From Gemmatimonadota bacterium (GTDB lineage Bacteria; Gemmatimonadota; Gemmatimonadetes; Gemmatimonadales; GWC2-71-9), in contig JBDHKN010000108.1 in the NCBI GenBank assembly GCA_039586365.1, positions 1 to 15,000 on the forward strand: DNA of 15,000 nt, read 5' to 3'. Shown here piece by piece: positions 1 through 8,145 of the stretch (position 1 is the first letter of the stretch; each line of letters starts with the position of its first letter). Under the pieces are notes generated by a model that was given only the letters and a program-made list of their open reading frames with translations, was not told the DNA's origin and made no database searches. Both the position numbers and the translations under genes were made by a program.

Positions 1-22
1 GCTTCATTGGTGGCCGGAGATA

Positions 23-385
23 ATGAACATGATTGAGGGGAGCGAGGATACCCTCTATTACTCCGCTGCGGAATTGGAGCAGGCATACGCAGATGCCAGA
101 GACTCGCTGATCGCTACTGTCGACCGTGACGAGCTACAAGAGAAGTACCTGTTGATCGCTGGGGCCGCTCGGGGCAGCTACTCCCCGCCGGCCGACGCCG
201 CTGCGGACGCGGGATCACTCGTCGTTGGCTGCTTGGCTTTTGACCAAGATCGCGAGAGATACCGGAAGGTAATTCTCACTCTGACTGGAGATGTGGAGGT
301 GACTAATCTCACCAGTGAAGCGGCTGAATTGGACACATGGCTCAGGAACATTACCCAGCAGTTCCCTCCGTACCCGAGGGGCTGA
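23..385 (+). CDS. Hypothetical protein (frame is open to the window edge, so possibly the 3' part of a longer gene)
   Basis: 120-aa ORF with natural, acidic globular composition; no in-frame stop between base 2 and 23; no recognisable motif. Confidence 0.6.
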   Translation: MNMIEGSEDTLYYSAAELEQAYADARDSLIATVDRDELQEKYLLIAGAARGSYSPPADAAADAGSLVVGCLAFDQDRERYRKVILTLTGDVEVTNLTSEAAELDTWLRNITQQFPPYPRG

Positions 386-493
386 GCGATCGATCGAGAG
401 TTCTCGATACGGCACCGCCGGCACCTCGATGCGGATGTCGACACGATCGAGCAAGGGCCCGGACAGACGCGAGAGATAATGCTCGACCCGGAG
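383..493 (-). pseudogene. comM: Internal fragment (~35 codons) of ComM/YifB Mg-chelatase-like AAA+ ATPase
   Basis: Translates as LRVEHYLSRLSGPLLDRVDIRIEVPAVPYRELS, matching the YxxRxSGPLLDR[IV]D..IEVP.V arginine-finger segment of ComM/YifB. The upstream CPCG/CxC motif and downstream domain are absent. Confidence 0.85.
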
Positions 494-654
494 GACTTGC
501 GTAACGTCAATAGGCGTCAATGGTCGGATTCAAACGCGCATGTCTGCGCCAATCAGCATCCGTGGGCCGCAATGGGCGTTGTGGCAATGACGCCGCCTCG
601 TGCTGGCCAGCGCTGTACTGGACACGGCCACCGCTGAAGCACATGTTGCCGTGT

Positions 655-1563
655 ATGACACAACGCCGAAGTGATGCCGCCGTCAGCGCGCTCGCCGGTC
701 TGCTCGAGGAGTTTCGCCGGGCGCGCATCGTGGCGCCTTCTGCCGAGAAGGAGGGAATGGAGCGGCATGCCGGCCAGTTGACCGCATGGTGGAACGAGCG
801 GTTCTCGGGGTTCCCCACCAAGGGCTTCCCCTACACCTCCTTCTGGGGGGAGTACCACCGCGGAAGACGCGACACGCATCTGATCGACGTGATTGTCCGG
901 TTGCTTGCGGATCGTGACGGCGGGGAGACCACCGTGGTGAACGTTGCATGTGCCTTCGGGCGGCAGGCGCGCCGCGTGGCCGCGCGCTTGCCCCATGCGA
1001 GGGTCGTTGCGTCAGACATCGACCCGCGCTGGGAACGGATGGCGCGATGGCTGCGGCTGGGGCGCTCCCCCGCGAACTACACCTTCGTGCAGGACAACAC
1101 CTTCGCTTCTCAGCTGAGCCTGCGGCCGACTGCCGTCGTCTTCTTCGGGGCTTGCGGCTCCCTGTCGGACGGCGCCATGGACCACGCCATTGACTCGGGT
1201 GCCGAGTACGTCATGTGTCGCACCTGTTGCCACGACAACATCGGTGGGAACGTGACCGTCACCGCCCGACGCACCTACGTGAACTGGTTCTTCCGGTTCA
1301 AGAACTGGATACACGCCAGACTGCAGCGGACGCCGAAGTACGCCGGTTTCTATCACTCGCTTCGGTACTCACGCAGCGCCTATCCCAGGAGCGCGGCGGG
1401 CCGGGAGTTGAGCGACACGGACGAGTTCCTGGCGGTGGCTGGGGATTCACCCGACAGTGACATCTGTCGGGCCATCATCGATCTGGATCGGTACCTCTAC
1501 CTGACGGAGCGGGGCTTCCGCGTCGAGTACCAGGGGGAGTTGTTCGTGGCCGAGCGGCAGTAG
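655..1563 (+). CDS. Class I SAM-dependent methyltransferase, Methyltransf_32-like
   Basis: Motif I-like VVNVACAFG, motif II VVASDID, and FGACGSLSD...CRTCCH resembling the LHACGxLSD...PCC signature. Start placed at ATG 655 because the first 45 codons of the 520 ORF look non-coding; start uncertain. Confidence 0.75.
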   Translation: MTQRRSDAAVSALAGLLEEFRRARIVAPSAEKEGMERHAGQLTAWWNERFSGFPTKGFPYTSFWGEYHRGRRDTHLIDVIVRLLADRDGGETTVVNVACAFGRQARRVAARLPHARVVASDIDPRWERMARWLRLGRSPANYTFVQDNTFASQLSLRPTAVVFFGACGSLSDGAMDHAIDSGAEYVMCRTCCHDNIGGNVTVTARRTYVNWFFRFKNWIHARLQRTPKYAGFYHSLRYSRSAYPRSAAGRELSDTDEFLAVAGDSPDSDICRAIIDLDRYLYLTERGFRVEYQGELFVAERQ

Positions 1564-1743
1564 GTGGGGACCTCGACCAGAGCCCGGTTGACAGGGGTTG
1601 CTGCGGGGCTGTGCCAGGGGGGAACTCGCGTCGGCGCTAGGCTGAATCGCCTCTCGACTGTGGATGGTGAAATCCTCGCAGGTGAGAGCTGCTCCTGCCC
1701 CTTAGGCCGAATCAACTCTTGGAACGCCGGGTAGTAGCCGGGT

Positions 1744-1866
1744 CTACCGACCGCCCCGGTGTACTTCAAGCAGTCTCCCGAAGCCAGGGTCTTCTCTAAT
1801 GGGGTAAAATCGCGGGTCGAGGTCGATCGTGTGCACCGAACCCCTGCCGGGCGCGGAAAGGAACCG
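1744..1866 (-). pseudogene. 3' fragment of a TPR-repeat (kinase/TolB-TPR type) protein
   Basis: A frame not in the ORF track reads RFLSAPGRGSVHTIDLDPRFYPIREDPGFGRLLEVHRGGR* (stop 1744-1746). This resembles the common LLSxP..S...LxLDPxxxPLRxDPxFxxLL C-terminal cap of TPR-kinase proteins. No start codon. Confidence 0.6.
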
Positions 1867-1867
1867 A

Positions 1868-2170
1868 GCCAAATCTGATGGCAAGTTTGACCTCTTCTTT
1901 CGATTGGATCCGGATCACTACAGGCTCTACGACGCAGCGTCTGATGCCGCACCGATCTACAAGGACAAGCCACCACCACCGCCGAACGGTGACGATGAGA
2001 ACGGTACAGAGTTCGCCTATGAGCGAGACCTTCGGAATCTCCTCTCCAAGAACCTGACGGCAATCGAGCCCGGCTTGTCACTCTTTGAGGAGGAGGAGAT
2101 CACTGGCATTGAGTTTCCTGCTGGCGGGCGGTTCCTAGATATCCTCGCCCTGGATCAGGACAACTGCTAT
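1868..2170 (+). pseudogene. Internal fragment of an endonuclease NucS/DUF91-domain protein, truncated at both ends
   Basis: DLFFRLDPDHYRLYD...EFAYERDLRNLLSKNLTAIEPGLSLFEEEEITGIEFPAGGRFLDILALDQDNCY matches the NucS C-terminal PD-(D/E)xK entry. Similarity stops just before the expected VVIELK catalytic motif; the N-terminus is missing. Confidence 0.75.
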
Positions 2171-2211
2171 CGCCTCGGTTTCTGCGTAGGCGTTCTCGAT
2201 TACCTCCTGGC

Positions 2212-4314
2212 TTAACTCCCCGGTGAGCGGGCTGATGGCACCTTACGGCCCGGTCTATCCCGTCCCCCTTGAGTCAGCACGAGGCCCGTCACGGCCCCTG
2301 CTTCGTCTCGCTGGAAGGTCAACCGGGCGTCCAAGCCGTGAGTGCCTTGCACGAAGAACCCGGTTTCCGACTCGGCATAGAGCCGAATCTTGTATTGGCC
2401 GGTGGCGGCTTGCGCGAACAGCCGTTCACTGTCCAACGTGATCGCGATTGTCAGCTCAGGCGTCACTTCGTAGTGGCCGACATAGCCTCTCAGGACCTCC
2501 GGCGCGACCTGGATCTCGTCCGTATGTGTCGACGGCCGTGCGGTTCGCAAGAACAGGACGCCATCGAACACGAACGGCAGTATGCCGCGGAAACCGGCGC
2601 CGTAGTTGTATCTGTTGAAGACGTTGCTCACGATTGGCTCGCGCAACCAGTCGGCTTCGTTGGACAGGCTCCTGACGTCGAGGAACGCCTGCTCGAAGCC
2701 CGCGGCTACGAAGAGTTCCTCGAGCTCGATGCTCACGTCCTGATCCGGCTGGAACCACCAACCTGCAGATAGCCACGCGAGTCCCTCGTACGCGGTCGTG
2801 CCGATGGAATAGAAGTCCCGTCCCATGATGGCCTGGACGTACTGTGCCACGGACGTCCAGTCGCGCAATCTGGACAGGTCCGGACGGAATTCGGCCAGCT
2901 TGGCAATCGAGAGGGGACCCTCGCCGGCCGTCGCATAATCAACGCTGGACGGCAGTAGGTGTGCTCCGTTGCGAAGCCCGTGATTGTTCTCACACCAGAC
3001 GATGATCTTCCGGCCCGGGTAGTATTCCTCCGCCAGCCACAGCAGATTCTCCGCCATGGTGGCGCTGCGCCCACTCTTGAATCCGTGCGGCCCCGCGGTC
3101 GCAAAGTCCCACTCGACATGGTAGTGCCGCGAGCCAGTTTTCAGTGCACGCATCCAGAAACGTCCCGCCTGCGTCAGCCCCGACGGGGCGGCGCGGATCT
3201 CGGCGCGCAGTGCGTCGACGGCGTCCAGGAAAACGTCGTGTTCGTTCCGGCTCGGCACCTGTGTGAAAGGGCGCGCGTGTGCCACGGCGACTTGCTGCAG
3301 TGCGGCCCAGAAGCTTGAGTCCCGGCTGGCTGCGTCGGCGTCTATGTCGGCATCGGCCAGGAAGGAACGGAGGTCGCTCACGAAGAAATCGGTGGCGAGG
3401 GAGCTCGTGGTGTGGCGATCGAATCCGACAACCTCCAGCGGGTGGGCTGTCGTGGCCCAATGCGCGACGTACTCCCAGAGCGGCATGAAGTCAGCGGTGA
3501 TCCAAAAGCCCACGCGCTCCCGCGGTAGTGCCCGCTCGAGCGCCATGCCGGCGTTCAGTTCTCGCCACAGCTTCCCTATGTCGTAGAGTCCCATCTCGAC
3601 TGCCAGCACGTCGAATCCCAGCTGCTGATGGAGGAACTTTACCAGACGCGTCTTCGCTGAGTAGTTGTTCCCCATCGAGTGTCCCCACTCGCCGAGCATG
3701 ACCATACGAGCATCGCCGAGATACTCCGACAACCCTGTCAAGTCTGAGAAATCGTCGTCTTCCGGCGCTATCGAGCGCAGTGCCACCGCGTGATCGCGAA
3801 CCCATGCCACCCGGGGGTCGTTCCGGAGGGAATCCTGCCGTTGCTGGTATTGGTTCGAGTCCAGCAGTTCGTCGATCCACACATGGTATCGAGCCGGGCG
3901 GCCGGGTGGATCTGTCCCGATTTCCAGCCGGTACCGTCCCGGTTCCCCCGCTTGGTGCGTCAAGACCGTGAACGTGAATCCGGCTGGCGCACCTATAGCC
4001 AGTGGTTTTTCTCCGCCTGCCGCGAATAGTTGGAGTGCCAGCCACGGGTCAGGCACATCTTGCCGACTCAGTCCTCGAATACGCACGAACGATCTGGCCG
4101 GAAGCTGCAGCCAGAAGGTGGCTTGCTCGCCTGCCGCGAATTCGCCCTCCACCGGAGTGCCCGGGGTCAGCCAAAGGGTATCCTGACTGGATTGCCGGAG
4201 GGCGCGGGCGTCCCCTGTCTCAGGCTCGGAGTCAGTGCTAGCAAAGTTCTGAGCTGAAAGGAGTGAGACAGTCAGCGCTGAGGTGAAGAGAAGTAGTCCT
4301 GTAAAGCGAGCCAT
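2212..4314 (-). CDS. Secreted erythromycin esterase-family (Ere/ChaN-like) hydrolase with N-terminal PPC-like domain and C-terminal DUF3471-like domain
   Basis: RBS AAGGAGG before ATG 4314; signal peptide MARFTGLLLFTSALTVSLLSA; Ere motifs VMLGEWGH, KTRLVKFLHQQLGFDVLAVE, VVGFD, MAENLLWL, KIIVW, FDGVLF; C-terminal LRGYVGHYEV...LFAQ...TGQ...GLVLTQGG. Confidence 0.85.
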   Translation of the reverse strand: MARFTGLLLFTSALTVSLLSAQNFASTDSEPETGDARALRQSSQDTLWLTPGTPVEGEFAAGEQATFWLQLPARSFVRIRGLSRQDVPDPWLALQLFAAGGEKPLAIGAPAGFTFTVLTHQAGEPGRYRLEIGTDPPGRPARYHVWIDELLDSNQYQQRQDSLRNDPRVAWVRDHAVALRSIAPEDDDFSDLTGLSEYLGDARMVMLGEWGHSMGNNYSAKTRLVKFLHQQLGFDVLAVEMGLYDIGKLWRELNAGMALERALPRERVGFWITADFMPLWEYVAHWATTAHPLEVVGFDRHTTSSLATDFFVSDLRSFLADADIDADAASRDSSFWAALQQVAVAHARPFTQVPSRNEHDVFLDAVDALRAEIRAAPSGLTQAGRFWMRALKTGSRHYHVEWDFATAGPHGFKSGRSATMAENLLWLAEEYYPGRKIIVWCENNHGLRNGAHLLPSSVDYATAGEGPLSIAKLAEFRPDLSRLRDWTSVAQYVQAIMGRDFYSIGTTAYEGLAWLSAGWWFQPDQDVSIELEELFVAAGFEQAFLDVRSLSNEADWLREPIVSNVFNRYNYGAGFRGILPFVFDGVLFLRTARPSTHTDEIQVAPEVLRGYVGHYEVTPELTIAITLDSERLFAQAATGQYKIRLYAESETGFFVQGTHGLDARLTFQRDEAGAVTGLVLTQGGRDRPGRKVPSARSPGS

Positions 4315-4428
4315 ACCGTCCTCCTTGTCTCGATCCTCCTCCAGCACCATAGCCCGCGTGAGACGTTGGATTCCGTACTGCTTGCCGTTCACGCGTGCGG
4401 ATCGTTCGTCGCAGCGAGCTCGGCGCGC

Positions 4429-6312
4429 CTAAGGTGTGGGCTGGTCTCCGCTCGCTCCTCCCACGCCGGGGATGTTCTGGATCATCCAGATCTCCGCTTT
4501 CCCCTCGCCGGCATTGAATGCGATTCGGGAACCGTCGGGGTGGAAACGCAAGTGTCTGCCGGCACCAGCAGGCAGCTCGACAAGGCGTTGCGGTTCACCT
4601 CCCGCGCTCGAAATCTTCCAGAGGGCCCCATCACGTGTGAACAGGATGTAACGGCCATCCGGAGTCCACGGCCCCACCCCGGCCGCGAAGCCGTGTCTGA
4701 GATCTGAGCGACGTAGCTCGCGCAGCTCACCGCCCGAGGTAGGTACGGTCAGCAACCGGCTTACACCGGCGGGGCGATCTGTATCGCTTATCGCGAGAGT
4801 GCTTGCATCGGGCGAGACCGAGAGACTGACGAGCGAGTTGACAGTCCCAATTTCCCTCTCCCGACCGCTGTCCATGTCGCGCGCGATTATTTGCGAGTTG
4901 CCCGTGATCGTCTGCCCGCGACCGAAATACAGCGTGGTTCCGTCGGGCGACAAATCTGACGTGGAAGGATTACCCTCTGTGCTAGGCAGCCCGGGGCACG
5001 TGGACTCATCTCGCCCGAAGATGATGAAGCAAAGCACCTTCTCTAACCTGCCCGTCGCGAGATCGAGACGATGCACTTCGTAGTCTGTGTCGAGGATCCA
5101 GAGGGCCTTGCTGTCCGGCGTCCAGCGTATTCCCGCTGCAACGCCCAGAGGTAGTGGAAACTCGCGCGTTTCATCACCCGTCACGGTCCTGATCACGATT
5201 CTCCAACTCCGCATGAGTGGATCCCTGGCCGCGTACGCCAGATACTGCCCGTCGGGTGACCAATCTCCTGTCTGGCTTCTCCCTTGGGACACGTCCTGCA
5301 CCGGAGTCGGCGGCCTGATGAAACGGCCGGCCGTGATGTCGACGATGGCGGTGTACACTTGGGGCTGCTCGATCGACACGCCGTAGATGTAGGCGTCGCG
5401 GGAGAAGCCGAGCGGGATGAGCCTCCATACGTCGGCTTGCAAAAGCTCGGGTTCACCAACCGATAGGTCTTGCCCTATGGGCAGACGCCAGATGCCCTGC
5501 GTGACCTCACGATCGCTGTAGAAGAGGATGCTCTTGCCATCGGGAGTCCATCCCATGAGCCGATCGTCGCTGGGTCCGCTCAGCAGTCTGAATTCACCCG
5601 TGCCGTCCAAAGTGAGTGCGAAGATGTCGCTTTCCCCTGAACCGGCGCCGGATGGATGGGAGTAGGCTACGAAGCGGTCGTCGGTCGAGAACGCAGCCAG
5701 CGACGTATATGCGGATCCCAGGTCCTTGAGCACGCGGATCGAGCCGTCGTCCGTTGCGACGAGCGCAAGCTCGATCCCTTGGTGGTCGGCGCTCTGCACC
5801 AGCAGGTGTCGGCCGTCTGATGACCAGTCCTCGAGAATGTAGTAGACGGAATCGCCGCGTTCCTGCAGGAGTGGGTGCGGACCTGTTCCATCGGCGTCCA
5901 CCATCCAGATGCCGTACCAGTCCTTGTCACTGAACCAGGTGTAGGCAATCTGAGTGCCGTCGGGAGAGAACACAGACGATTCGGCAAACGCAACGGAGTC
6001 CGTCCAAGATCCGCCGGAGGTCACGTCCCGCCCCTCTCCGGTCAATAGGTCGATCACCGCGAGGTTTCCCGTCGCCCAATTGATGTCGGTCACGTAGCGA
6101 CCGTCAGGCGAGGGCGACGCTGCGTAGAAGGTTGGCTCTCTACCCGTCCAGACGCGCCGGAGTATCAGGCCCTCCTCCTGGGTTGCGGCAGACTGGGCCT
6201 GCCCAGCAACGCCTGCCGTCAGGACCCATGCGAATGCCTTCCAGTCGGTGCCGCAACCCACTGGGACGGTGGCGAGCAGTAACGTCGCGAGTGCTGCGCT
6301 TGGGCTCTTCAT
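4429..6312 (-). CDS. TolB-like/PD40-repeat double beta-propeller exported protein (possible lipoprotein)
   Basis: RBS GGAGG before ATG 6312; hydrophobic leader ending VPVGC; about a dozen (W/F/S)[ST]PDG-type repeats (SPSPDGRY, FSPDGTQI, WSSDGRHL, WTPDGKSI, WSPDGQYL, WTPDGRYI, FHPDGSRI). Confidence 0.88.
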   Translation of the reverse strand: MKSPSAALATLLLATVPVGCGTDWKAFAWVLTAGVAGQAQSAATQEEGLILRRVWTGREPTFYAASPSPDGRYVTDINWATGNLAVIDLLTGEGRDVTSGGSWTDSVAFAESSVFSPDGTQIAYTWFSDKDWYGIWMVDADGTGPHPLLQERGDSVYYILEDWSSDGRHLLVQSADHQGIELALVATDDGSIRVLKDLGSAYTSLAAFSTDDRFVAYSHPSGAGSGESDIFALTLDGTGEFRLLSGPSDDRLMGWTPDGKSILFYSDREVTQGIWRLPIGQDLSVGEPELLQADVWRLIPLGFSRDAYIYGVSIEQPQVYTAIVDITAGRFIRPPTPVQDVSQGRSQTGDWSPDGQYLAYAARDPLMRSWRIVIRTVTGDETREFPLPLGVAAGIRWTPDSKALWILDTDYEVHRLDLATGRLEKVLCFIIFGRDESTCPGLPSTEGNPSTSDLSPDGTTLYFGRGQTITGNSQIIARDMDSGREREIGTVNSLVSLSVSPDASTLAISDTDRPAGVSRLLTVPTSGGELRELRRSDLRHGFAAGVGPWTPDGRYILFTRDGALWKISSAGGEPQRLVELPAGAGRHLRFHPDGSRIAFNAGEGKAEIWMIQNIPGVGGASGDQPTP

Positions 6313-6361
6313 GACGCTTCCTCCGGGCGGGGCATCAGTCCGGTTAGTCAGCCGGCCACGA

Positions 6362-6378
6362 CTCAAGGAGCATGCCGT
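6362..6378 (-). promoter_or_regulatory. Candidate sigma54 (-24/-12) promoter for the TolB-like gene
   Basis: Minus strand ACGGCATGCTCCTTGAG versus consensus YTGGCACG-N4-TTGC, with correct GG-N10 spacing but GA instead of GC at -12. It lies ~50 bp upstream of the start codon and just downstream of a bEBP-encoding operon. Confidence 0.55.
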
Positions 6379-6454
6379 TGGCTGAAGTAGCCCGTTTGTC
6401 GGCTTAGGTTGTACGAATCGGCCCGATTGGGCGACAGCGCTGGAGCTGGGAGTT

Positions 6455-6471
6455 TGTATCAGCCTGTTGCA
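6455..6471. promoter_or_regulatory. Candidate enhancer (UAS) for the sigma54 activator
   Basis: Imperfect dyad TGTATC-AGCCT-GTTGCA about 80-95 bp upstream of the putative -24 box, a typical bEBP site position. Confidence 0.3.
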
Positions 6472-6486
6472 ATTGGTGGCTCAGCG

Positions 6487-8136
6487 TTACAAAGTTCCGC
6501 CCGGCGGTTCGTCGGCCAGCGGAAGGCGAATTTCGACGGTGGTCCCATTGCCGATGCTGCTCTCGACCTGCACGTCGCCCCCGGCCGCTCGAGCGATACG
6601 GCGGGCGATGGTGAGACCGAGGCCGGTCCCACCTTCCTTGGTGGAGAACAGCGGATCGAAGACGCGCTCGAGGTCTTCGGGCGGGATCCCTGAACCGCCA
6701 TCCTCAATCGTGACAACGGCCGAGCCGCCGTCGCGCCCGATCCGAACGGCGGCTTCGCCTCCGGCGTCGAGCGCTTGGGCCGCATTCTGGATGATGTTGA
6801 GGAAGAGCTGTTCGAGCGCGCCAGCATCCCCCCGCACCGCTATCGGCGGATTCGTTGTCTCGTGCACGTTCAGTATCGCCCCCCGCGCCTCGAACAAGGG
6901 GCTGGCGGCGCGGGCCGCGGCGCTCACTGGGTCCGTTACGTCGATCAGGTCAGAGCCCGCCTGCCCGCGGCGGGCGACCTGGAGTGTGTCTTTGACCGTC
7001 AGGTTGAGGCGTTCGATCTCGGCCAATGCGCTTTCGAGGCGTTCACGCAGGCCGGACTCCTTGGGCAGCTTCTCCTCCAACGACTGCAGGTCGACACGTA
7101 TCGCGGTGAGCGGATTTCGAATCTCGTGGGCGAGCGAAGCGGCGAACTCACCGACGGCGGCCAACGATTCCCGGCTTGCCAGCTCGCGCAAGGTGCGGCG
7201 CAGGCTTTCCGTCATAGTGTTGAAGGCGCGGGCCACCTGTCCCACCTCGTCGGTGCCCAGATCTTCCATGCGCTGCTCGAGGTCGCCTCGACTCACAGCG
7301 GCGGCCGCCGCAGATAGGCGCCGTAGCGAGCGAGTCATGCGGCCAGTGATCAGGGCCGCCAGCGCGAGCCCAGCTAGGGCAATCAGCAGTAGCAGCCAGG
7401 CCCCTCGACGCGCTGCGTTCTCGAAAGGCCGGATGAATGGAGTGACCGGTACGGCGATAGCAAGATCGAACGGCGGATCGGAGAATGAGCGGCGTGCGCT
7501 GAGCCACTCGTCACCGCCCCAGACGAACCTTTCCTCTGCGAGCAAGGCGGGATCGAAAGGAAGCGGCAGGAGTGCCGCGCCTGTGGATGAATCGAGCAGG
7601 CCGACCACCATACCGGCGGCCGTGGGGGGTATCGATCCTGGCGGTAGTAGCACGTCTGCCTGGATGCTCGCCGTTAGCCCTCCGAGCAGTTGGCCTGAGA
7701 GGCGATCGCGGATGCTGAAGGTGGCTGTGACGAGGCCCTCCGAGCGGAGTGGTTCTGGGTCCGCCGCAGTCGGTGTCGTCAGCGTCCAGATCGCCGCGCC
7801 GTCACGATCGAGTACTGTGACCGTGGCACAGCTGGGACTCAATTCCTCGAATCGCTGCTGCAGGGCAGGAGGGACGGGCGGAACGTCCGCCGCTCTAAGA
7901 GCTTGCTGAACGGAGGCCTCCTCGGTCAAGAACAAAAGATCGAAGCGTTGCCGCACCCAGCGGGTTGTAATCTGGGAGGACGTTTCCCGGAGAGCCTCGG
8001 TGAGGCGCGTGCGCAGGAGCTCTTCCCCCGAGCGCGCGGCGGTGCGGCTGAGCCAGAGCCCCAGCAGGCCGAGCGGCACTACCGCCACGGCCAGCACCAA
8101 CAGCAGGATCCGCGTGCGAAACGATATTCGAAACAT
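6487..8136 (-). CDS. Membrane sensor histidine kinase (2 TM, extracytoplasmic sensor, HAMP, HisKA, HATPase; NtrB/AtoS-like)
   Basis: H-box LAHEIRNPL, N-box NIIQNAAQA, G1 DGGSGI, F/G2 FSTKEGGTGLGL, HAMP DEVGQVARAFNTM; starts 9 bp after the regulator stop. Confidence 0.95.
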   Translation of the reverse strand: MFRISFRTRILLLVLAVAVVPLGLLGLWLSRTAARSGEELLRTRLTEALRETSSQITTRWVRQRFDLLFLTEEASVQQALRAADVPPVPPALQQRFEELSPSCATVTVLDRDGAAIWTLTTPTAADPEPLRSEGLVTATFSIRDRLSGQLLGGLTASIQADVLLPPGSIPPTAAGMVVGLLDSSTGAALLPLPFDPALLAEERFVWGGDEWLSARRSFSDPPFDLAIAVPVTPFIRPFENAARRGAWLLLLIALAGLALAALITGRMTRSLRRLSAAAAAVSRGDLEQRMEDLGTDEVGQVARAFNTMTESLRRTLRELASRESLAAVGEFAASLAHEIRNPLTAIRVDLQSLEEKLPKESGLRERLESALAEIERLNLTVKDTLQVARRGQAGSDLIDVTDPVSAAARAASPLFEARGAILNVHETTNPPIAVRGDAGALEQLFLNIIQNAAQALDAGGEAAVRIGRDGGSAVVTIEDGGSGIPPEDLERVFDPLFSTKEGGTGLGLTIARRIARAAGGDVQVESSIGNGTTVEIRLPLADEPPGGTL

Positions 8137-8145
8137 GAAGACCGA

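Noticed and set aside
215..520. Intact 101-aa ComM-like gene
   Set aside because: Only ~35 residues are ComM-like; the rest is antisense to the 23-385 ORF.
1588..1620. TTGACA as a sigma70 -35 box
   Set aside because: No -10 element at 16-18 bp and no intact downstream gene.
1497..2081. 194-aa minus-strand ORF, and its CCGG.GTACTTCAA similarity (~1755) to leader R (~13240)
   Set aside because: The region is better explained by the TPR C-terminal fragment in another frame plus the NucS fragment; the short match is within chance expectation.
1829..2215. Intact 128-aa nuclease gene
   Set aside because: The first 13 and last ~14 codons are unrelated to the family and the ExK catalytic motif is missing.
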